Below the pieces are notes generated by a model. It ran no database searches and was not told the origin of the DNA. It saw only the letters and a program-made list of their open reading frames with translations. A DNA stretch of 64,000 bases from Anthoceros angustus (taxonomy: Eukaryota > Plantae > Anthocerotophyta): positions 310,001-374,000 of the forward strand of contig MU008160.1 in assembly GCA_010909165.1 (NCBI GenBank). The letters run 5' to 3'. This document shows positions 1 through 9,699 of the stretch, piece after piece. Made by a program: the position numbers and the translations under genes. Each line of letters opens with the position of its first letter. The stretch's first letter is position 1.

Positions 1-684
1 AGGTGCCCCAAGCTAGGTGGTGGGCCAGCTCCACAAAGTTTTCTGCTCCACACAAATGTTTTCCTCCAAACTTTTTGGTGACGAGATTGGTATGCTACAT
101 ACTATGTGTAACGTATGCAAATAAGTTTGATGACATTTATACAAAGGAAAAACCAATGACATTTGATAGATATGGTAGATGAGTAAGAGGATAGTATGGC
201 GTACCGATTTGCACTACCTCAATTTTTGAGTTATCGCTCAGGTGGAGCTCCAGCTCCGCGCATGGAGGGAGCTAGAGCTGGAGCCTTGCCCCCAAAGAAA
301 GCCAGTGGTCGATCCGTTGCGATCGGCTTGATTGATTCAATTGCCTAAGGCCAATCTAAATCAAGCTTAAATCAATATGCATATGAACTAATTCGGGCCT
401 AAGAGGTAGCACTTGCAAGATCGAGGAGATGGTGCATGTTTTTGAGAGGATTTGTAGCAGAGTGTGAAGCTGATGCCGCATTCTACAAGTTGTGGCTGGC
501 AAGTAGCATGCAGTATGCTGCGCTGCCATGCCAATTCTTGCAATGACACCATTGTTTCAGGAACAGGGCCTCATGACTTCACGATCTAGTCACTAACTGG
601 GTCATGTTCCTCTTACTTCCTTCCTTCCCCATTCTAAATTCAAACCCCCAATCACACCTTAGGACATCGATCGAAAGCACTCTT

Positions 685-746
685 GGTTCATATATGGTTC
701 ATTGCATTGGAGGAAGGTTCATATATGGTTCATTGCATTGGAGGAA
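685..746. repeat. 31-bp direct tandem duplication
   Basis: ggttcatatatggttcattgcattggaggaa occurs at 685 and 716. Confidence 0.9.
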
Positions 747-1084
747 TCAGCAGAGGCTGAGATGAATGGATGGAGCTTATATTCATTTTAAGCACAACTT
801 AATGTTAGCTTGATCGATTCATGTGCATGTGTAAATCATTTCAAGCTTAGATTTAGGTCTAAACGTTTTAGGCAATTCAAGCCTGAATGTATCATGCAAT
901 TCAAGTCTAAACACTTGAGATTTGTTCAGCATCATAATCAGCATAAATCACGCGGAGGTGGAACTTCAAGTGGCTCCATTGGCCAAGGTGTAGTTTGAGC
1001 TCCACGTCGGGTAAGAAAAAACGAAGAAAACTTTCGAGTGTTATAAGGATAAAAGTAAAAGAAAACAAACCTAGTAAAAAATAA

Positions 1085-1374
1085 AATAAACATGACGACT
1101 TTATAAATGTACAAAGATGGGAAGTCCGATCTACACTGGGGCGATGGGCAGAAACAACCCTCTAGAACGCCCCGGGTCAGGGGGGACTAGGCCCCCCAAT
1201 GTTTAAAAAATAATACATTAAGATTAGAGAAAAAGGTGGAGGACTAAACAAAAATGAAAGAGGAGTAATGGGATGGATAGAAGTAGAAAAGAAGAGTAGG
1301 AATAATGGATCCCTCCGCATTGCGAGATTCGAACTCGCGACCTCCTGCACTTGGCTACAACTGAGCAGGAAACC
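1085..1374 (-). mobile_element. Putative SINE: tRNA-derived head plus tail shared with a non-LTR retrotransposon 3' end
   Basis: Minus strand 1374-1315 reads GGGTTTCCTGCTCAGTTGTAGCCAAGTGCAGGAGGTCGCGAGTTCGAATCTCGC: degenerate A box, intact T-arm/B box, no anticodon arm. A CT-rich linker follows, then about 100 bp (1097-1200) that aligns by eye at roughly 75% to 28859-28958. Confidence 0.4.
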
Positions 1375-1382
1375 CTTGTACG

Positions 1383-1388
1383 AAAAAA
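1383..1388 (-). terminator. Pol III oligo-T terminator of tRNA-Gly
   Basis: T6 run on the minus strand about 29 nt after the tRNA 3' end. Confidence 0.7.
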
Positions 1389-1416
1389 GGGCCAATATTT
1401 GTCCACTCAAGTGAGG

Positions 1417-1487
1417 TGCACCGGCCGGGAATCGAACCCGGGTCTGTACCGTGGCAGGGTACTATTCTACCACTAGACCACCGGTGC
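1417..1487 (-). tRNA. trnG-GCC: tRNA-Gly (GCC)
   Basis: Reverse complement GCACCGGTGGTCTAGTGGTAGAATAGTACCCTGCCACGGTACAGACCCGGGTTCGATTCCCGGCCGGTGCA: full cloverleaf, GCC anticodon, canonical plant cytosolic tRNA-Gly with a compensatory change in the acceptor stem. Confidence 0.97.
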
Positions 1488-2103
1488 CCACGGCTACGCA
1501 TGGACACATAATTTAAAAAAAAATTAAACTTTGCACGTCATGTGCTGCTCCTCGCTGCCCCTGACGATAACACCCTCCACCCTCCGCGGTGCCCCCGCTC
1601 TATACCTAGTCTGGCATATGGAACCTCCCGCTCCACCGATTCCCCAGACTATGCAGCATACGTCTCGAAGACCTCTGTGGCTAGGCTGTGTTGAGCTCTG
1701 CTCCCAGACGCAGACGGAGACGCAAAATGCTTCTGCCTGTTCTCATGTGGCAGACTCCACTGCCCTCTTTTGAAAACACCAGAAACCAGAGCTTTCACAA
1801 TGAGACTGCCACCAAACATGGGTCACAGGATCACGCGACAACTAAGTGTTGATGCTACCAAAAAGAAGCTGATGTACACCCCTACATCGATGCTGGCTGA
1901 TAAGCGCAAGCTTCTGAGCTCGTTGCTAAAGATATGAACCCTATCATGAGACTAGTGCATGTGCAGAGGCACCTTGTCTTGCAAAAGGTTGCTTCCCAGT
2001 TACAGCAGACCTAACTGCGTACTTCAGCTGCTTGTAACTCGCCATGCTTCTATCCCTAACTCAAAACACGTCACTCGTGTGCACAAGGTGCGGACATAGT
2101 TCC

Positions 2104-2300
2104 AGGCCATTTGACCTCCTTGCGCAGGTTTTGCCTGCAAAACAGTAGGCCATTTGACCTCCTTGTGCAGGTTGCCTGTAAAATAGCAGGCCATTTGACC
2201 TCCTTCCGTAAAATAGTAGGCCATTTGACCTCCTTGCGCAAGTTTTGCCTGTAAAATAGTAGGCCATTTGACTTCCTTGAGCAGGTTTTGCCTCTAAAAC
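2104..2300. repeat. Tandem array, about 5 units of 30-43 bp
   Basis: Core aggccatttgacctcctt recurs at about 2104, 2147, 2188, 2218 and 2261, with related (not unique) linkers. Confidence 0.9.
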
Positions 2301-2492
2301 AATTCGTACAATAAAAAAAATTATATTCAGTAAAAAAGAAAAAAATTATATATAGTAATAAAAAGCATGCACACAAACCTGTATGTACTTGTTATTTTAT
2401 ACTTTTCATATTTGATGAACCATAAATCCTAAACACTTCCTTCCAACACTTGCTTAAGATAATCTTTATCACTTCAAATCCTAAATACTTGC

Positions 2493-2627
2493 ACAATAGC
2501 TCCACCGCGCTAAGCGTTGGTGCACTTCATGGTTCGTACAATAGCTCCATCGCGCTAAGCGTTGGTGCACTTCATGGTTCGTACAATAGCTCCATCGCGC
2601 TAAGCGCTGGTGCACTTCATGGTTCGT
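2493..2627. repeat. 45-bp tandem repeat x3
   Basis: acaatagctcca(c/t)cgcgctaagcg(t/c)tggtgcacttcatggttcgt in three near-identical head-to-tail copies. Confidence 0.95.
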
Positions 2628-2921
2628 CGATATTTGTCAGCTATTGATGACTGAAGTCCCAGGGTAGGGTTCCATTGCCAATGTGAGCTTTGTCTCGGTT
2701 TCCTTTGTATGTGGATCCTTGAATGTCTGGCAGTTCCTACTAGTAGGTTGTTGGGTTGTAAGGGTCGTGAGCTTTGTGCAATGCTTGTGACATGGTTTTC
2801 GCGATCAATACGGCGCGATGGGATTATGAAGAAGAAACTGTTAAAGTACTTGCGTTTTCCTCCTGAGCCCTTTAGAGCGCTCGTGTCACTTTCCTGCTTC
2901 ACAATCACATATGTTTGATGT

Positions 2922-3593
2922 TTGATACATAGACTTGGATACAGGCTTGGCGAGAACCATTCGAGATACACACAAGCCCACACGGGATGCACATGGAACA
3001 AGGGCCTATATTTGGTTGCTGATGATGTATCAGAGGCATTGTTTGAGGAGTGGTTGACAGGCCAACGGTCTGACAGGCGCTTAACATGGGAGCCCAGCCC
3101 TACTCTAGATGATGAGAGGGTAGCACATTTGCCTGATTATAATGTGATCCTACTGTTATTGATGAAGTTTTTATTGGGGAGTTGAGACATGAAGTTGGGC
3201 AAAAGATAAAAAAAAGAGCCCGATCGCAGTATGGTGCCCGATCGAGAGGCCGTGCGATGTTGCCCAATTGTGGTTCTGGAAGTGGCTCACAAGAATGAGT
3301 CGCTCCGAGAACGGAAACGAGAGATTGCAGAATGGGTGGAAGGGAGCACCCTGGCCCGTCTGGCCATAGGAGTAGCCATCACTGCAAGTGAACCCACCCA
3401 CTCTCGACCGGGGCAGGTGAAGCTGAAGATCTTTCACATGCGGAGAGGGGATACTTCAATGTCTGAGATACAGGATTTTAGCGACATCAAACAAGTCGGA
3501 GAGATGAAGCTGACCATCAGGGGGAAGACACTTTTGCAGACAATGTACCGGAAAGTGTTGCACCTTTGCTCGAACTCGACCTCTTTCCTTTGA
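2922..3593 (+). pseudogene. Uma2/DUF820-like PD-(D/E)XK restriction-endonuclease-fold gene, disrupted
   Basis: ORFs 2922-3185 and 3231-3593 share one frame, separated by TGA (3183) and TAA (3207). Read-through gives KKEPDRSMVPD...CPIVVLEVAHKNESL...EW...LAIGV, matching the xPD / P-hh-h-EV / S pattern of Uma2-type nucleases. Confidence 0.55.
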
Positions 3594-3849
3594 AAGAGAA
3601 TTTTGTACGGTTGTTGGGTTTGCAGATTTAGACTAGACCAGTGCTTTTGATCATTAGGCCTTCGCTTTGGAATATTCACTTGGCCTCTCTGAATTGACCA
3701 ATTCGGGTCATTGGCAAGCTGGCGGGGCGGACATACCTTGCCACATTCAGTTCTCTTGATCACAGCTAAATACAGCAATGGACTTAGTTCTGATACATGT
3801 CTTCAGAAGAAGAAAATAACTGTTCTCCACGCTGTGCTGGTCTTTGCAG

Positions 3850-5525
3850 TGTAAGGTATCCAAGACCATGTCAAGCTGTCGAGCTTGCATTGGTCCTCCA
3901 AATCATGATTTCAGCATCATTAGCCTTCCCCTCCCCTCCTGTCGAGCAATTGCCTTAATCCGCTGCCCATCGTGAACTGAGTTCTTCTAGTTCCGCAGGG
4001 CCACCACATGCTGTGAGCACAGTGGAAAAGGTCCACACATCTGGTCTGATCCCTTGTTCCTGCATCTGGGCATAGAGTTGCAGAGACTTCTTCACCTGGC
4101 GTTGCAGAGACTTCTTCACCTGGCGTTGCAGAGCATATCCTGCCATCATAGCGTTCCAGGAGATCACATTCCGCTCCAGCAAGCCATCAGACACCTGTTG
4201 AGCGTCCTCCATGCTCCCACACCTGGCATACATGTGGATCAGAGAGTTGCCCTCGAATACATTTGATCCATAACCCCTTCGAAAAGCTTCAGCATGAACA
4301 GTTCGTCCCTTATGCAAAGACTTTTACTTCACAAGTAAGCTTCAAGGTTCCTCTCTTTGATGTGCGCCTGTACCTGCAATCCGTTCTCTACAGCTGAATC
4401 ACCTACAGTTGCACATGCCTGCAGGATGCAAACAAATGTTACTGCATCAGAACAACACCACTTTCTTCCTGCATCTTGTTGTGCAGGCAAGGAGCTTCCG
4501 TGGCCCTCCCTTCTTGCTGTGCATATGATTCTAAGTGATCACACTTTTCTCAATGAGTCCATAAAATTTTTTCTAAGTGTCCCACACACTTTGCGTACAT
4601 GTTTACCAAGCTGCCACCCACCACCATATCAGCCTGAAGTCCCTGCTCTTCAATCTTTGCATGAAGTTGTTTCCCATGTATAAAGCTGACACACACCCCA
4701 TAGCACATGCCTGAAAGAGGCACACAAAGGTCACAGAATCGGGAACAGCAATGCCTCCTTCCAGCATTTTAGTGTAAAGAAAAGGGCTTCCTGGCACAAG
4801 CCCTCGTGCTGTAAAATATCCTGCAATCAGGGAATTCCAAGTTGCCACACTTTTGCCACAAAGACTGTCAACACCCTCTGTGCATCCTTCAACTGCCCAC
4901 ACCTTGTATACATGTTTACCAGGCTGCCACTAACAGCTACATCAGTATCTATCTTCAATCTGTGCATGAAGCTGTTTCCCCTTCCGTATGGCTGTGGCAC
5001 CGCTGTTGCACAGGCCTGCAGGAGGCAAACATAAGTCACAGCAGTCGCAAGTATAACCTCTTTCGACATAGTACTGTGAAGGGCTTCCAGGCCCAAACCC
5101 TCTTGCTGTGCATACCCTGTGATCATGGCAGTCCAAGTCACGACATTTTTTCGTGAAGTCTGTTAAACACCCACTGCGCATCATTTAGGCTCTCACACTT
5201 AACGTACATGTTTACCAAGCTGCCACCCAAAACAACGTCAGCTCTGAGTCCACGGTCCACAAGTTGCACGTGTCGCTGCCTTCCTTCTGTAACCCTGAGA
5301 CACCCAGACTTGAACATGCTTGCAACATGCAGATAAATGTTACTGCGTTAGGAGCAACTTCACCTTCTTCTTGCATAGCCTCATAACGGCGGAGGCTTCC
5401 TGACCATTTTCTCCTCCTGAGCATATCCAGCAATCATCGCATTCCAGGATACCACATCCTTGATAGGGAAATTGTTCAAAACACGTTGCGCATCCTTAAT
5501 GTTCCCGCACTTCAGTGCATGTCAG
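3850..5525 (-). pseudogene. PLS-class pentatricopeptide repeat gene, degenerate
   Basis: Motifs in shifting frames: [71 protein letters not shown]...NVISWNAMMAGYA. Many stops and frameshifts, plus an internal 24-bp duplication (QRQVKKSL x2). Confidence 0.85.
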
Positions 5526-5540
5526 TAACTATTGAAATTG

Positions 5541-5680
5541 AACCCGGTGCAGGCCAAATGGATACACATTTATAAGAACGCCGTTTATTAAGCATCCTTC
5601 GCTCACATCGGTACTTAGATGGGGTGAGTGGATGCTCTTGGTTACTGCACCAAGGCACACCAGTGTACAAGTTGTTAACT
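5541..5680 (+). repeat. Dispersed repeat, homologous to 50253-50511 (possible Helitron-like end)
   Basis: Collinear shared blocks acacatttata-gaac-ccg, ttaagcatc, gtacttagat, tggatgc-cttggt and gtacaagttgttaa. Confidence 0.6.
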
Positions 5681-6440
5681 ACCAAGTTGTATTGACCACG
5701 GATGCGAAAGAAAAAACGAAGGAAGCATTATTTAAATTATTGTTAATAAAGTAAAAGAAAATAATAAAGGAAGTATTATTTAAATGATTGTTAATAAAGT
5801 ACATGAGTGCCAAGTACCTAAGTGAAGGAAGCCTGAGAAAGAAATAATGATTTATATTTCTCTACGATAAAGGATGAGTACGAACTACCCTTCTTGAAAA
5901 CAAAATAACGCTATCTAATATCACATTAACTAGTTATTGATTATTAATATGAGTTTATATCACAAGATACTAAAGTAATGATTCTATTATTAACTGACTC
6001 TAACTAATACTAAAAATATAAGAAGAACTATATAATAATTATGAGAAAAAATAAAAACAAGGAAGATATTTAAATAATGAAAAAATAAACCATGAAAAAA
6101 CATGAGCTACACCTCGACCACACTCTTAAAATAACTTGAATAACTATCATTGGGCTAGACCACTATTTATTTCAAAGAGTTAGGTAAGGATTAACAGGTC
6201 ACTTGTTAATAGACTTCTTCTGCTTCGAATGCTTGCCACAAATTAAAAATTGGCTGTAGAATTATCGAATTCTATCAAAAATAGAGAACATAAAGAAGTG
6301 ATAAAAAAAGGTTCTATACATAAAGATTATCTTCTCCTTTTTCGTTGTCCAATAACAAAAGAGCCCTTGGTCAACAAGTTTGATCTGCATCCAAGTGACT
6401 ATCAGTCGGGACATGGAGATACTTGATCGAATCCCTATCT

Positions 6441-6563
6441 ACCTAATGTACCAATATGTACCATAAGACAAACCCTAATGAACCCAAATGTATTAAAAGA
6501 TAAACCCTAATGAAGATAACTATTGAACCCTAATGAACCTAATGCACTTAATGAACCCTAACT
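6441..6563. repeat. Degenerate telomere-like AACCCTAATG repeats
   Basis: aaccctaatg and variants occur at least 5 times in about 120 bp of AT-rich DNA. Confidence 0.5.
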
Positions 6564-6710
6564 AGCAAAAATAACTTTTAACTTTCTTACTTTTTATATT
6601 TTGCATATTAGTCTAATTGCCACGCTTTGGACACACATAGAAGCGACCATGTTTGATTCGATTAATCAAATCGATTGTAGAAGCGATTATGTTTCCATTT
6701 GATTAGTCGA

Positions 6711-7290
6711 GTAACTTGGCACTAGTGAAACAAGGTAGAAAGGTGAAAAGTTGAAAAGGTAAAAGCTAAGTTAGTAGCCTATTAAGAAGATGCATGTGTT
6801 GCATGCTTCATGCAATCTCTTGTTAGAGAGGTGCTACTGACCACAAATGAAGAGCTGCCTAGAGAGGACTCTTAGTGATTAGTGGTGCAGTAGAATCCCT
6901 AGATTTAACTGCCTAGTTAAGGTCGGGATATATAAGGGCTAGAGCAAGGGCTTTGAGGAACAAGTTACAAGTGGGACTCACTCTTTGAGAGGCGAGGCAA
7001 GTGTCTTGTGCAAGCCTGTGTTGAGAGGCTGTGGAGAGCTAGCTAGTGAGCTTGTCATGGAATCAAGGCGTGCAGTTGGGCGTGAGATAGCATTCCATCG
7101 TTGTATTCTTGTAATAAAGGCGGCACCTCGAGGAGGTGGCTGCGTCGTCGATGGGCGGCGGGCTACTTGGAGCCTAGTCGTGTTGTGAGGTTGAGGCGTT
7201 GAGAATCGTGCAAGTCTCTTGTGGAGTGAATTGGCGAGGTCCTAGACTGGGAAGCCCGACCGCGCTTCCTTCTTGGGTGAGGGGTGTTAC
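6711..7290 (+). repeat. 5' LTR
   Basis: Near-identical to 14050-14610 (cactagtgaaacaaggtagaaaggtgaaaag...); ends ggggtgttac just before the PBS. Confidence 0.9.
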
Positions 7291-7295
7291 TTGAG

Positions 7296-7307
7296 TGGTA
7301 TCGGGGC
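7296..7307 (+). other. Primer binding site (tRNA-iMet type, degenerate)
   Basis: tggtatcggggc, versus the TGGTATCAGAGC consensus, directly after the 5' LTR. Confidence 0.65.
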
Positions 7308-9699
7308 AGTCCATTCCTCCGAGTGACTAGAGAGTGCACAAGATGGTCAATGAGAAGCGTAAGGAGGCTGAAGAAGCGGCGGTCTCCCCGATCATCCGCC
7401 TCAACCTTTGAAGATTCATCGTCGGAACAAGAGGAAGTGAGCGCCCGAGCACACGAGCCCATCTCGAGAGAAGTCGGAGAGGAAGAAGCGGATGGTGGAA
7501 GTACTTTATCAAGTTCTTCCGGTGTCTTAGGCGATGTAATGACTTCAAGGAAGAAGACAAAGCGAATCCAGCCACACTCAACAAGGCGAAGATCACGGAA
7601 GACAACAAGAAATCTTCCGAATTCAGAGCATCTTCAAAGTGGCTCAAATCGAGCATGAAGCTAGCCCTACAGATAAGTATGAGGGAGAAAGAGATCGCAA
7701 GTCATTGATTCTTGGATCTATTCTATTGAGACTTATCTCGCCTCATCGGTGTTGAGGAGTACTACTTAGGTCTTGTTGGCAATTTCTTAAAGGGCTATGC
7801 TTTGGTCTGGTTATGGTGCTAATGTTGCCGGGTAGCAGCACATACCATCACTGGTGGGCATCCTTCAAAGAAGCCCTCAAGAAGCGGTTCAACAGATGGC
7901 GTCTAAGTAGGCGACGACAATATCAAACAAGCAGTCATGGAGATTATGTAAGTACCGGTGAAAGTCATGCACTACCATGAGTGAAGATGACAAACGCATC
8001 GCTTCATGGGTGGTTTGAAGGATTGGGTGCTATGATTGAGTTGCAGTCCAACTACATTGGCGGAGGCCATTCAGAGATGCCATCCAGATACTTTCCATTC
8101 TAGTACATCCAACTCCTCCGGAAGATTTCGATGCAGGTGGTGGTATGCCCGGACTAGAGGAAGCTCTAGTAGTGTTGGGAGGGAGGACACTGGCGGAAAT
8201 GGTTGCAAGAGGCAATTCAAGAGGAAATTTCAGGAAGAAATCGAGGAGCGGAGGCCGCGCGGAGCAGCGATATGGGTTCTCGAAAGGAGTATGCTACTCA
8301 TGTGAGGCCGGGACATTATGCAAATGAATGCCGAATGTTGAACAAGACTCTCAACGTAGAAGGAGATCCACGGCCAGACTCGGGATTACGGAGTGGCGGA
8401 TCCGAGGATCCCAAATGACGGATCGGCCACATGCGAAGGCGCATGTGGTGAGTCTCGAGTCTTGAGGGGCACTATTCGGAGGCGGGTGGAGAGCTCATGT
8501 ACATACATGGATGTATAAATGGAGGGAGCGAGGATGTTGCTTGACTTAGCAAAGAACACATAATTTCATTTCTCCTAGCAAGGCAAGCAAGCTTGGTTTG
8601 ACATGGGCTAGTACATCGAGCCATGTAGAGTGAAACAAGCTAAAGGAATGCAACACAAAGGTGAATTGCAAGAAGTGCCGTGCAGATAGGGAATTGGAAT
8701 GGAGCGAGCTTCAGCTTGTAGATATGGATGATCATGAAATCATCTTGGGCTTAGAATGGATGAAGGCCAACAAGGTATGTGTGAACGTGGACTCACGCAC
8801 TACAGATCTTAGGAGATGAAGAGCACAAAGTGAGTTGTGCGCCTCAAGCGAGAGAACAACATTGATGATATCATCTCTAAGAAAAGCTCAAATGTTGTGT
8901 AAAGGATGGAGAGGAACTCTTTACTTGCTGCAAGGACTAGAAGATGGTCTTGAGATGGAGTCTCGAGACCAAAGATTCCAAGGAAGTGCAGCCGCCTTGA
9001 ATGAGTTCAAGGACTTGATGCCCGATGAGTTGCCTCCTTTACCTCCTAGAAGAATTGTAGATCATGAGATTGATCTCAAGCCGTGAAGTACACCGCCTTC
9101 AAGAGCGCCATATAGATTATCGCAGGATGAGCTACAAGAGAAGAGACGGATGTCTAACACCTAGCCAAGGGCTATGTGAGAATCTCAAAGTCCCCATTTG
9201 GTGCGGTTGTTCAGAAGAATGGAGGATTGAGATTATGCTTGGATTACGAGCACTCAATCGGATAACGATGAAGAATTCTTATCCTTTGCCAAGGATGGAT
9301 GACTTGTTTGTGATTGAGAGGTGCTAAGTATTTCACCAAGATCTAATGGCGAGCTATTACCAGATTCGCATCGGAAGGACATGAATACAAGACGCTTGTA
9401 GAACAAGGTATGGATCTTTTGAGTTCCTTGTCATGCCATTTGGACTCACTAATGCACACCACGTTTGAGACTCTCATGAATACTATATTCGGAGATCATT
9501 GGATGAGTGTGTTGTGATATACTTGGATGACATCATGATATCTGATTCTACCTTGGAAGAGCATGTCCAACACTTGAGGAAAGTGTTAGAAAGGTTAAGA
9601 GCAAATTCTTTGTTCTTAGCTATAACAAAGTGTGACTTTGTTAAGGAAGAGATAGACTTCCTAGGATTCATTGTCTCTGCGGATGGTATCAGGATGGAT

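Noticed and set aside
1380-1487. tRNA-Gly-snoRNA dicistronic gene, as known in angiosperms
   Set aside because: A T6 terminator follows about 29 nt after the tRNA, with no C box (RUGAUGA) or D box in between.
2104-2627. CRISPR-like arrays near a nuclease-like gene
   Set aside because: Units are head-to-tail tandem copies with homologous linkers and no spacers.
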